NCBI RefSeq assembly: GCF_040901545.1
Contig: NZ_JBBDYL010000024.1
Coordinates: 48,871 to 72,870, forward strand
Direction: 5' to 3'
Length of the DNA stretch: 24,000 bases
From: Sulfuricaulis sp.
GTDB lineage: Bacteria > Pseudomonadota > Gammaproteobacteria > Acidiferrobacterales > Sulfurifustaceae
The position numbers were made by a program, and so were the translations under genes. Within the stretch, counting starts at the first letter, position 1. Every line of letters begins with the position of its first letter. A model generated the notes under the pieces. It was not told the DNA's origin. It did no database searches and saw only the letters and a list, made by a program, of their open reading frames with translations. Below are positions 7,659 through 15,245 of the stretch, piece by piece.

Positions 7659-8447
7659 TCAGGTTAAGTACTTCTCCACGATGGAGTCTATGAGTTTGTC
7701 AGGGTCAACTCCTAGCTCTTGAGCACGCTCTAGGAGTCGCGCTGTCATTTTTGGGGCGATCCTCAAAGCTTTGAATTTTTCCGGGAAAGCCCAAGGGCAC
7801 TCAAAGCAGTCAAGCTCGCATCCTCTGCAACTTGTGCTCTTAAAATTGTTGCACTCATCGCATAAGGGCTGCCAGTTTTCTAGCGCATCAACTCCACCCT
7901 CAAGGAGCGCCGTCTTGTCAGGCCGCAAGCGCGGTACTTTGTGATCCTGCTGTAATTGTACTTCAGGCGGGCTGCGCTTGCAGTTTGCACACCTGTTGCC
8001 GTATCGCTCCAAAACTCTGGCCCAGTCTTCGTCACTTAATGCTGTCCGTGGGACTCGCTTCTCTGCAAGTGTCAGGTCAATCAACTGGTAAGTCTTGCCG
8101 TCCTTGACAAGACCTACAACGCCCTCTTCGCCTTGAAGCTCCCGCACACGCCTAAAGACATCCAGGTAATCTTCGTCTGGGTGCCTCCCTATTCGCTCAG
8201 TCCTTCTTAGGTGATTGGTACCGGCCCGTAGCTCGCTCTCTGTAACGTGTGGGCCTGGTATGCCGTGAGCCGCTGGCCAGGTTTTCTCAAGAATCAGCCT
8301 GTAATATTTCTTGTTTACTGGGGTGCCCACAAAGCTGCGGTATACCTGATCAAGCCAGGCTTCTCGATTGACGTTGGGATCGGGTTGAGGATTTGGCGGA
8401 AGCAGAACATAGGCTTCACGTCTTGCGCGGCTTCGCTTCTTAGCCAT
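7659..8447 (-). CDS. HNH-family nuclease, probable type II restriction endonuclease (track ORF trimmed to MAKKRS start)
   Basis: HNH/Zn-finger core CANCKRS..QLQQDHKVPR..NWQPLCDECNNFK plus a second Cys cluster CRGCELDCFEC. The ATG at 8447 overlaps the stop of the upstream HTH gene (ATGGCTAA, 8 nt). It is divergent from a cytosine-5 methyltransferase. Confidence 0.75.
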   Translation of the reverse strand: MAKKRSRARREAYVLLPPNPQPDPNVNREAWLDQVYRSFVGTPVNKKYYRLILEKTWPAAHGIPGPHVTESELRAGTNHLRRTERIGRHPDEDYLDVFRRVRELQGEEGVVGLVKDGKTYQLIDLTLAEKRVPRTALSDEDWARVLERYGNRCANCKRSPPEVQLQQDHKVPRLRPDKTALLEGGVDALENWQPLCDECNNFKSTSCRGCELDCFECPWAFPEKFKALRIAPKMTARLLERAQELGVDPDKLIDSIVEKYLT

Positions 8448-8679
8448 CTTTTTCCTTCCCGCGAAGTAGCCAAACTGTGCTGACATCGAGCACTCGCGCA
8501 ATAGCATCAAGCTCGAAGTCTTTGACGCCCCGGATGCCACGCTCAATTTCAGAAATATCTGACTGATCCATCTTTATGTCATGGTCAACGGAGAGTGCCG
8601 CAGCGAGATCAACCTGGTCTAATCCGCGCTTTTCACGTGCCTGCTTTATCCTGAGGCCGCTAAGGTTAGCGGATCGCAT
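8440..8679 (-). CDS. XRE-family helix-turn-helix protein, probable R-M controller (C) protein
   Basis: 79 aa: LRIKQAREKRGLDQVDLAAAL....ISEIERGIRGVKDFELDAIARVLDV is a Cro/C1-type HTH of C-protein size. GAGGA lies 7 nt upstream of the ATG. It is translationally coupled to the nuclease gene. Confidence 0.75.
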   Translation of the reverse strand: MRSANLSGLRIKQAREKRGLDQVDLAAALSVDHDIKMDQSDISEIERGIRGVKDFELDAIARVLDVSTVWLLRGKEKDG

Positions 8680-8834
8680 AGGTAGTCCTCAGTTCAGGTG
8701 AGAAACTTTGCCCAAATCAACTACGGTTTTAGAGTATTATGAGCGTGATTTCCTTGTAGACGATTTTCGTATATGGTATCTTGTGTGCCGTCATTTATAG
8801 CAAGGCTTCTTCCGAGTACCTTAAAAAGCTAAAA

Positions 8835-9758
8835 ATGCGTGTTGCTTCATTCTTCGCTGGCATTGGTGGGTTCGATTTGGGATTCGAGCGGGCTGGTATG
8901 GAAGTGGTCTTTCACTGTGAGATTGACGAGCATTGCCAAAAAGTTCTAAACCGTCACTGGCCAAAGGTGCCTCTTCATGCAGACATCACAACCCTTAAAG
9001 CATCAGCTATTCCTTACGCTGAACTCTGGTGTGCAGGATGGCCTTGCCAAGACCTCAGCCACGCCAACGCCGGCGAAAGAAAAGGCCTCGCTGGCGAGCG
9101 AAGCGGATTGTTCCATAACTTTATGGAGCTTGTTACAGAATCTCGGCCAGCGTGGCTTGTCATGGAAAATGTGCCAGGGCTCCTCTCGGCAGAGCAAGGA
9201 ACCGCGCTTGAGACAGTTATCGACACGCTGGAAAAAAACGGGTATTTGGGGGGATGGATTTCGTGCAACACTCTCGATGCGGGCCTGCCCCACAACCGCG
9301 ACAGAGTATTCTTTATCGCAAGTTATAGATCAGGACGTGCCTATAACTTCTTTACTGAGTGCGGCGAACTGCACGGGGGTTTTGCGAAGGGAGAAGAGAG
9401 CCGGGAGGAAGTTAGACCCCATATTCGAAAAGTCACTAAAGGAAACTCTCCGCTTGTGGTTCAACGTCGCGGAGGCTTCGGGTATACCAAAGCAAAAAGC
9501 TTTAGCCCCACGATACGTGCCCAAACTGGAGGCCATCAAGGAGGTCATTCAGACAGGCCAATACTCTGTGGCCAGAAACTTGACGTGGACAGAGTGCGAG
9601 AAACTGATGGGTTTTCCCGCAGGCTGGACGGTCGTAGAGGGCGGCTCATTGGCAACTCCGTCTCCCCAACAGTTGCCGAATGGATCGGGAGACAAATAGT
9701 TGCAATCGAAATGAGCTATAGGGCAAAGGTTCATCTCGCCGAATCTTCTGCCTCTTAG
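8835..9758 (+). CDS. DNA (cytosine-5)-methyltransferase, with motif IX displaced into another frame (possibly inactivated, or a sequence error)
   Basis: The frame starting at 8835 has motif I FFAGIGGFDLGF, IV GWPCQDLS, VI VMENVPGLL, VIII HNRDRVFFIA and X GNSVSPTVAEWIG. Motif IX, RNLTWTECEKLMGFPAGWT, is encoded at 9574..9630 in the +1 frame. ATG 8835 is chosen because motif I follows immediately; the track start at 8781 is a TTG. Confidence 0.8.
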   Translation: MRVASFFAGIGGFDLGFERAGMEVVFHCEIDEHCQKVLNRHWPKVPLHADITTLKASAIPYAELWCAGWPCQDLSHANAGERKGLAGERSGLFHNFMELVTESRPAWLVMENVPGLLSAEQGTALETVIDTLEKNGYLGGWISCNTLDAGLPHNRDRVFFIASYRSGRAYNFFTECGELHGGFAKGEESREEVRPHIRKVTKGNSPLVVQRRGGFGYTKAKSFSPTIRAQTGGHQGGHSDRPILCGQKLDVDRVRETDGFSRRLDGRRGRLIGNSVSPTVAEWIGRQIVAIEMSYRAKVHLAESSAS

Positions 9759-9790
9759 ACGGCCCACAGGAAACTTTAGCCAAGAAGAGA

Positions 9791-10201
9791 ATGGACACGA
9801 TGACGCCCGTCGAGCGAAGCGTCCGCATGGCCCTGATTCGCTCCCGCGATACCACTCCTGAGATTGCTGTCCGCCGCGTAGTTCATGGCATGGGCTATCG
9901 TTACCGGCTTCACATTAGAGAATTACCAGGCAAACCCGATCTTGTCTTTTCGTCGCGCCGAAAGATCATTTTAGTCCACGGTTGCTTCTGGCATCAGCAC
10001 AGCGATCCGGCTTGCAAGATTACGCGGAAGCCAAAATCAAACACCGGCTACTGGACAAAGAAACTCAAACGGAACGTGGCCCGCGATTCGCAGCACTCAG
10101 AATCGTTGTCTCGCCTAGGATGGAAGGTGCTCACTGTTTGGGAATGCGAACTGCGGGACAAGGCTGCGCTTTCAAAGAGGCTCCGTCGGTTCCTGGCTTG
10201 A
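9791..10201 (+). CDS. vsr: Very short patch repair endonuclease Vsr
   Basis: ..TTPEIAVRR..LPGKPDLVF....ILVHGCFWHQH..C...PKSNTGYWTKKLKRNVARD....GWKVLTVWECEL carries the catalytic Asp (PGKPD) and the Zn ligands of E. coli Vsr as I recall them. It lies immediately downstream of the methyltransferase. Confidence 0.92.
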   Translation: MDTMTPVERSVRMALIRSRDTTPEIAVRRVVHGMGYRYRLHIRELPGKPDLVFSSRRKIILVHGCFWHQHSDPACKITRKPKSNTGYWTKKLKRNVARDSQHSESLSRLGWKVLTVWECELRDKAALSKRLRRFLA

Positions 10202-10234
10202 ATCAAACGTTGCGTCGCCCTATCTTCTAGGTAG

Positions 10235-10591
10235 CCCCAGCTTTACTTCCGCGCCCACGATACGGAAGCGTTCACGGAGAAGCTTCACGAGGCCACTAGC
10301 GGCCATTTCCAATTGACCACAGACGGATTGAAACCTTACTAAAACGCCGTGTCCTACTCACTCGGCACTCGCGTTGACTACGCGACGCTGATCAAAGTCA
10401 GCGCGAAGGAACGCAAAGGGTCAGACTTGCTCATCTCGAGCCCCCTGTGGCGATGCGCCAATTTAGCGGCGCTGTTTTTATTGCAGGTTCTCCATTTTTT
10501 CGTGCCGCCGGTACGGCCGCGGCGCTTTGGTTATTTTTCGCGCACCCATTTTCCCGCCATGCAAAACCTTGTCAAGTCATCTTCGGGGTAA
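10235..10591 (+). pseudogene. Remnant of an IS1595-family (ISXO2-like) transposase
   Basis: One frame reads ..AFTEKLHEATSGHFQLTTDGLKPY*NAVSYSLGTRVDYATLIKV.. with an in-frame TAA at 10340. The QLTTDG..Y..AV...G..VDYA.LIK signature is typical of ISXO2-like DDE transposases. The N-terminal zinc-ribbon/DDE portion is missing and the C-terminal part is degenerate (..THFPAMQNL..). Confidence 0.5.
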
Positions 10592-10663
10592 AGCTTTGGC
10601 GGCGGATCGGGAAGAAATGACAGATAAAAGGTTAGATAAGACTGTTCAACAACGCTTAACATC

Positions 10664-10698
10664 GAGGTCCTAGCTTGCCGGAGGGCCGTAAGGACCTC
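10664..10698 (-). terminator. Stem-loop abutting the gpsA stop codon (terminator-like, no T tract)
   Basis: Perfect 8-bp stem GAGGTCCT (10664..10671) paired with AGGACCTC (10691..10698), with a 19-nt loop. It starts at the last base of the gpsA stop codon. The downstream minus-strand sequence is GTT-rich but has no T run. Confidence 0.3.
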
Positions 10699-11729
10699 TA
10701 CTCCTGTTTCGGCTCGCGTCTGAGCAGCGCTTCTACCGCCGCCCTGGGAGATAATCCTTCAAACAGCACCCGGTATACTTGCTCGGTGATCGGCATTTCC
10801 ACATTTAACTTTCCGGCCAGCCGATAAAGCTCACGCGCCGTCGCCACTCCCTCGGCCTCCTGTCCCAGTTCGGTCAAAATTTCAGCGAGCCCGCGTCCCT
10901 GCCCGAGCCCCAGGCCGACACGGCGATTGCGCGAGGTGTTGTCGGTACAAGTGAGAATCAGATCGCCCGCGCCGGCGAGACCCATAAAGGTTTCCTTCTG
11001 CCCGCCCATGGTAACCCCAAGACGCGTAAGTTCGGCGAGTCCGCGGGTAATCAGCGCCGCGCGTGCATTTGCACCGAAACCAAGCCCGTCGCTGATCCCG
11101 GCGGCGATCGCCATGACGTTCTTGATCGCGCCGCCCAGCTGCACGCCGGCGACATCAAGACTGGTGTAAACCCGCATACGATCATTTCTCAGCCAAACCG
11201 CAACCGATTCGGCCGTGGACCTGTTTTCGGACGCTACCGTCATGGCCGTCGGTAAATCAAGCGCCACCTCGCGCGCAAACGTGGGCCCGGATATCACGGC
11301 CGAGGGATACGCACCGCCGGATTCCTCCGCCATCACCTCGCTCAGCAGCTTTCCGCTCCCGGGTTCCAGTCCTTTTGTGGCCCAGGCCAAGACGGAATCT
11401 CGCGCCAGTAACGGCCGCAAGTGTTTAAGCGTGACGCGAAAGGCATGACTGGGCACGGCGATCAGCATATGTGTTGCCGATTTAGCCAATTGGTCCAGCG
11501 ATGTCTCGACATGGACAATCGGCGGAAAGGAAATACCGGGAAGGAAGATGCTGTTTTGCCTTTCGCGTTCCAGGCGCAACACCTGGGGCTCATCGTTACC
11601 CCAAATAATCGGCGTATAACCGTTCCGGGCCAGAAGCAAGGCCAGCGCCGTGCCCCAGGATCCCGCCCCGAGCACGGCAATGGAGATTTTTTTTTCGGAT
11701 AGCATTCTTGCTTTTTTTACAGCAACCAA
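10698..11729 (-). CDS. gpsA: NAD(P)H-dependent glycerol-3-phosphate dehydrogenase
   Basis: ISIAVLGAGSWGTALALLLARNG (Rossmann GxGxxG), ..ISGPTFAREV.., ..KNVMAIAAGISDGLGFGANARAALITRGLAE.. The TTG at 11729 has GAGGA 9 nt upstream. The alternative ATG at 11705 (MLSEKK) lacks an SD, so the start is uncertain. Confidence 0.93.
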   Translation of the reverse strand: MVAVKKARMLSEKKISIAVLGAGSWGTALALLLARNGYTPIIWGNDEPQVLRLERERQNSIFLPGISFPPIVHVETSLDQLAKSATHMLIAVPSHAFRVTLKHLRPLLARDSVLAWATKGLEPGSGKLLSEVMAEESGGAYPSAVISGPTFAREVALDLPTAMTVASENRSTAESVAVWLRNDRMRVYTSLDVAGVQLGGAIKNVMAIAAGISDGLGFGANARAALITRGLAELTRLGVTMGGQKETFMGLAGAGDLILTCTDNTSRNRRVGLGLGQGRGLAEILTELGQEAEGVATARELYRLAGKLNVEMPITEQVYRVLFEGLSPRAAVEALLRREPKQE

Positions 11730-11826
11730 ATATCAGCCGTCCTCAATCCTCACGTCAAGATTATCCCGGATTGAATCAGGCGTAATATGGCAATCTCGAG
11801 ACAATTCCATGTGCAGCTGTCGGTGA

Positions 11827-12297
11827 TCAGTTGATGCCGGTCTGTTTCTCCCGGGCAGTCTGTTTTTGTTCGTACACCATCTCAAAATTGATCGGATTGA
11901 TCAGCAGTTGGGGAAATCCGCCTTTGCCGACCAGGTCATTGATGGCCTCACGCACGAACGGCAGCAGCACGTAGCCGCAGCTGATTTCGAGCACACGTGC
12001 AAGCATCTCACCCTCGACACCGGTAATGCGAAATACACCCGCCTGCTTGATCTCGACGAGAAAGATGTTTTTGGTCTCGCGTTTGGCCGTCGCCGTTACC
12101 GTCAGTATTACCTCATACAGCCCCTGTTTCGGATCCAGGACGGCATGTTCCAAAGCGAGCTGGACGCCGATTTCACCCGCCGAATTTTCCGGCTGGGTAA
12201 AGGCCAACGGGACACCCGGCGCTTCGTATGAGATATCCTTGATGTATATCTTTTCAACGTTGAAAAAGATATTTTTTTCCGCGTCCGGTTCCGCCAT
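11827..12297 (-). CDS. secB: Protein-export chaperone SecB
   Basis: ..FFNVEKIYIKDISYEAPGVPLAF.. and ..CGYVLLPFVREAINDLVGKGGFPQLLINPINFEMVY.. match SecB. It occupies the conserved grxC-secB-gpsA position. Confidence 0.92.
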   Translation of the reverse strand: MAEPDAEKNIFFNVEKIYIKDISYEAPGVPLAFTQPENSAGEIGVQLALEHAVLDPKQGLYEVILTVTATAKRETKNIFLVEIKQAGVFRITGVEGEMLARVLEISCGYVLLPFVREAINDLVGKGGFPQLLINPINFEMVYEQKQTAREKQTGIN

Positions 12298-12336
12298 ATC
12301 AATCCTCGTTTATGTCACACAAATCTCGATTACCAT

Positions 12337-12597
12337 TCATTTTTCGATATGCAGCAACGCATTCAGCTCGCCCGAGTGTTCCAACGCCGCCAGTTCACGG
12401 AATCCACCCACTTGCTTATTATCGATAATGATTTGCGGCACGCTGATATGCCCCGTGAGTCGGATCATTTCTTCGCGGCGCGCCGGATTTTCGTCCACCA
12501 TTATTTTCTCAAGCCGGATGCCCTTCTTCTCCAGCAGCTTTTCCGCCATGCGGCAAAACACACAGGTGCGCGTGCCATAAATCAGCACCTTGGTCAT
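12337..12597 (-). CDS. grxC: Glutaredoxin (GrxC-like)
   Basis: 86 aa: VLIYGTRTCVFCRMAEKLLEKKGI...TGHISVPQIIIDNKQVGGFREL has a CxxC active site (CVFC rather than CPYC), TVP and GG motifs. Its ATG overlaps the rhodanese stop (TAATG). Confidence 0.85.
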   Translation of the reverse strand: MTKVLIYGTRTCVFCRMAEKLLEKKGIRLEKIMVDENPARREEMIRLTGHISVPQIIIDNKQVGGFRELAALEHSGELNALLHIEK

Positions 12598-13010
12598 TAA
12601 GACCGCTCCAACGGCATGTTCTCCTTTTCCCAGGCATGCAAACCTCCGGATAGCACGTATACCGAGGGGAAACCGTGTTTGCGCAAAGCCACGGCGCCCT
12701 TCGCGGAACGGTTTCCGGTGCGGCAGGTCACAATGATGGGATTATTTTTGTGTTTTTCCAGTTCGCGTATTCGATTCACCAGCGCCGAAAGAGGTAAATT
12801 GATCGCATGGGTGATGTGACCCGCCTTGAATTCGCCGGGTTCGCTCACGTCAACCACCACGCCATGCTCGCGGTTCAGCAGTTGCACGGTCTGGTTCACA
12901 TTGGTGCTCTTCACCCCGTACAACTGTTGGGTGACGGGACCCATGATTAACAGCCCCAAAATTACGCCAAGCGCAACGAATAAATACCAGTTATTGATGA
13001 CAAACTGCAT
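12597..13010 (-). CDS. Membrane-anchored single-domain rhodanese (YibN-like sulfurtransferase)
   Basis: N-terminal TM segment WYLFVALGVILGLLIMG. Rhodanese fold with active-site loop VTCRTGNRS and GHITHAINLP. It has the same position and orientation as E. coli yibN next to grxC. Confidence 0.85.
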   Translation of the reverse strand: MQFVINNWYLFVALGVILGLLIMGPVTQQLYGVKSTNVNQTVQLLNREHGVVVDVSEPGEFKAGHITHAINLPLSALVNRIRELEKHKNNPIIVTCRTGNRSAKGAVALRKHGFPSVYVLSGGLHAWEKENMPLERS

Positions 13011-13101
13011 GACTCACCTGAGAAATGTCAAAAAAAATAATAATAACGAGATTTAGATCGATGCCCGATGAGACATTCCTGCCCCATTGTTAAGGGAGTG
13101 A

Positions 13102-13452
13102 TCAGCGGTTCGCTGGACGGCAAATGGCTTCGCACAATGCAACGATCAGATTCAAAATTTTCTGGTCGCCAAACCGGTAATAAACCTTGTTAGCGTTCTT
13201 GTGTGTAGTGAGGATATCCTTATCGCGAAGTATCGATAGATGCTGGGAGATATTACTTTGTGAGGTACCAACCAGTTCGACGATGTCTTGTACGCTTACC
13301 TCGGTATCACTTGCCAGGATGCAGAGAATTTTCAATCGCAAAGGATGCGCGATGGCCTTCAGCAGGTGTGATGCATGATGAATATTGCTTTCACTGCCGA
13401 TGCTGCCGACTTTTAATTTTTCTGCGGAGGCGCTCATGTGTTCGTTTCTCAT
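13102..13452 (-). CDS. ArsR/SmtB-family winged-helix transcriptional regulator
   Basis: LKAIAHPLRLKILCILAS..VSVQDIVELVGTSQSNISQHLSILRDKDIL...KVYYRF is a canonical ArsR wHTH. The CVC arsenite site is replaced by SVQ. Cys residues are at 44, 107 and 111 counting from the ATG at 13452; a start at Met6 is also possible. Confidence 0.85.
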   Translation of the reverse strand: MRNEHMSASAEKLKVGSIGSESNIHHASHLLKAIAHPLRLKILCILASDTEVSVQDIVELVGTSQSNISQHLSILRDKDILTTHKNANKVYYRFGDQKILNLIVALCEAICRPANR

Positions 13453-13581
13453 GGAATCACGCTTAGCTCATGACCTCGCTGATCCTAACCGCGGCAACCG
13501 ATGTTATGTAAGCAAAAAACATTATACAATAGTCATATTGATGAAATAGAGACTGAAAAAACCGGAATTGAGTCTGCGCGC

Positions 13582-15159
13582 ATGCCTTTAACCCTTAAAC
13601 CCCTGGTTCTGATCATATTGGACGGATGGGGCTTCCGTCATGACACCCAGCACAATGCCATTGCCGCTGCCCGCAAGCCGACGTGGGACATGCTCTGGAA
13701 AAAATACCCCCGTACCCTGATTAACGCCTCGGAATCGGCCGTAGGGCTGCCGTCCAGCCAAATGGGCAATTCAGAAGTGGGCCATCTCAATATCGGTGCC
13801 GGCCGGGTGGTTTACCAGGAATTCACCCGCATCAGCAGCGCAATCAGCTCCGGCAGTTTCTTCACGAACAAGACTTTTACGGATGCCGTCGATCTTGCAC
13901 TGAAAAATGACAAGGCCGTGCACATACTGGGCCTGCTGTCTCCCGGCGGCGTGCACAGTCATGAAGAACACATCCATGCCATTGCTGAACTTGCGGTGCA
14001 ACGCGGCATCAAAAAATTATTTCTACATGCCTTCCTTGACGGCCGTGACACCCCACCGAAGAGCGCTTCCGGTTCGATCAAGGCAATGGAAGAAAAATTT
14101 GCTTCTTTGAAACATGGACGCATTGCCTCGATCATCGGCCGTCACTATGCCATGGACCGCGACCACCGCTGGCCACGCATTCAGGTCGCCTATGACCTCA
14201 TGACTCGGGGCAAGGGCGAATATCAGGCACGCACGGCCTCGGAAGCGCTCGATCTGGCGTACGGACGCGGCGAAACTGACGAGTTCGTCAAGGCCACTGC
14301 CATCGTCCCAACGGGTGGAAAGTCAACGTGTATTTCCGAGGGTGATGTAATTATTTTTATGAATTTCCGTTCTGACCGGGCGCGGCAGATCACGCGGGCA
14401 TTCATCGAGGATAATTTCACTGCCTTCCCGCGCCAGGTCGTCCCGAAACTCGGGGCTTATGTGAGCCTCACGGGATACAACGCCGATTTTCGGATTCCGG
14501 TGGCGTTTCCACCCGAACGACTGGATAACGTGTTGGGCGCCTACCTGTCGGGTCTTGGATTACACCAGTTACGCATCGCCGAAACCGAAAAATACGCCCA
14601 CGTCACTTTCTTCTTCAACGGCGGTCAAGAAACTCCGTTCAAGTTCGAGGAACGCATTCTGGTGCCATCGCCCACGGACGTGCCCACCTACGACCTGAAA
14701 CCGGAAATGAGCGCATACCGGCTAGCCGACGAAATAGTCAAGGCGATCCAGAGCGGAAAATATGACGTCATCATCTCCAATTTCGCCAACGCCGACATGG
14801 TGGGACATACCGGTGATTTTGACGCCACGGTCAAAGCCATCGAAGCCATCGACCTATGCCTGGGGCGTCTCTATGAAGCGGTTATGAAAACAGGCGGTGA
14901 ATTGCTGATCACGGCCGACCACGGCAACGCCGAACAGATGTTCGACGACGATATCGGTCAAATGCACACGGCCCATACCACGAACCCGGTCCCGTTTCTC
15001 TATGTAGGACGTCCCGCCACGATGGCGGCCAGTGGCGCGCTGCAAGACATTGCGCCAACCATGATTTATCTCATGGGCCTGCCCGTGCCGGCAGAAATGA
15101 CCGGCCGGCCGCTCGTGTCGCTGCAAAGCGGACAAGTGGCGGCCAAGGGACGCGCCTAA
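13582..15159 (+). CDS. gpmI: 2,3-bisphosphoglycerate-independent phosphoglycerate mutase
   Basis: From the internal ATG: [17 protein letters not shown]...[15 protein letters not shown]....DGRD..P....ADHGNAE. The track start at 13501 adds 27 non-conserved residues. Confidence 0.93.
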   Translation: MPLTLKPLVLIILDGWGFRHDTQHNAIAAARKPTWDMLWKKYPRTLINASESAVGLPSSQMGNSEVGHLNIGAGRVVYQEFTRISSAISSGSFFTNKTFTDAVDLALKNDKAVHILGLLSPGGVHSHEEHIHAIAELAVQRGIKKLFLHAFLDGRDTPPKSASGSIKAMEEKFASLKHGRIASIIGRHYAMDRDHRWPRIQVAYDLMTRGKGEYQARTASEALDLAYGRGETDEFVKATAIVPTGGKSTCISEGDVIIFMNFRSDRARQITRAFIEDNFTAFPRQVVPKLGAYVSLTGYNADFRIPVAFPPERLDNVLGAYLSGLGLHQLRIAETEKYAHVTFFFNGGQETPFKFEERILVPSPTDVPTYDLKPEMSAYRLADEIVKAIQSGKYDVIISNFANADMVGHTGDFDATVKAIEAIDLCLGRLYEAVMKTGGELLITADHGNAEQMFDDDIGQMHTAHTTNPVPFLYVGRPATMAASGALQDIAPTMIYLMGLPVPAEMTGRPLVSLQSGQVAAKGRA

Positions 15160-15245
15160 AAGGAAATATTCTTCTGAGTTCCCGCCTTCTCTCCGGGGTA
15201 CCGGATCCGATTCGCCGGAAAATCAGTCGGGCACTGTGCCCCGGA

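Noticed and set aside
8977-9699. 240-aa ORF in an alternative frame of the methyltransferase gene
   Set aside because: It is not an independent gene. Only its segment 9574..9630 encodes something recognisable (methyltransferase motif IX), and that is treated as the frameshift finding.
13501-13581. 27-codon N-terminal extension of gpmI
   Set aside because: The extension lies in the AT-rich divergent promoter region and is not part of the conserved GpmI N-terminus, which begins near the LVILDGWG motif.
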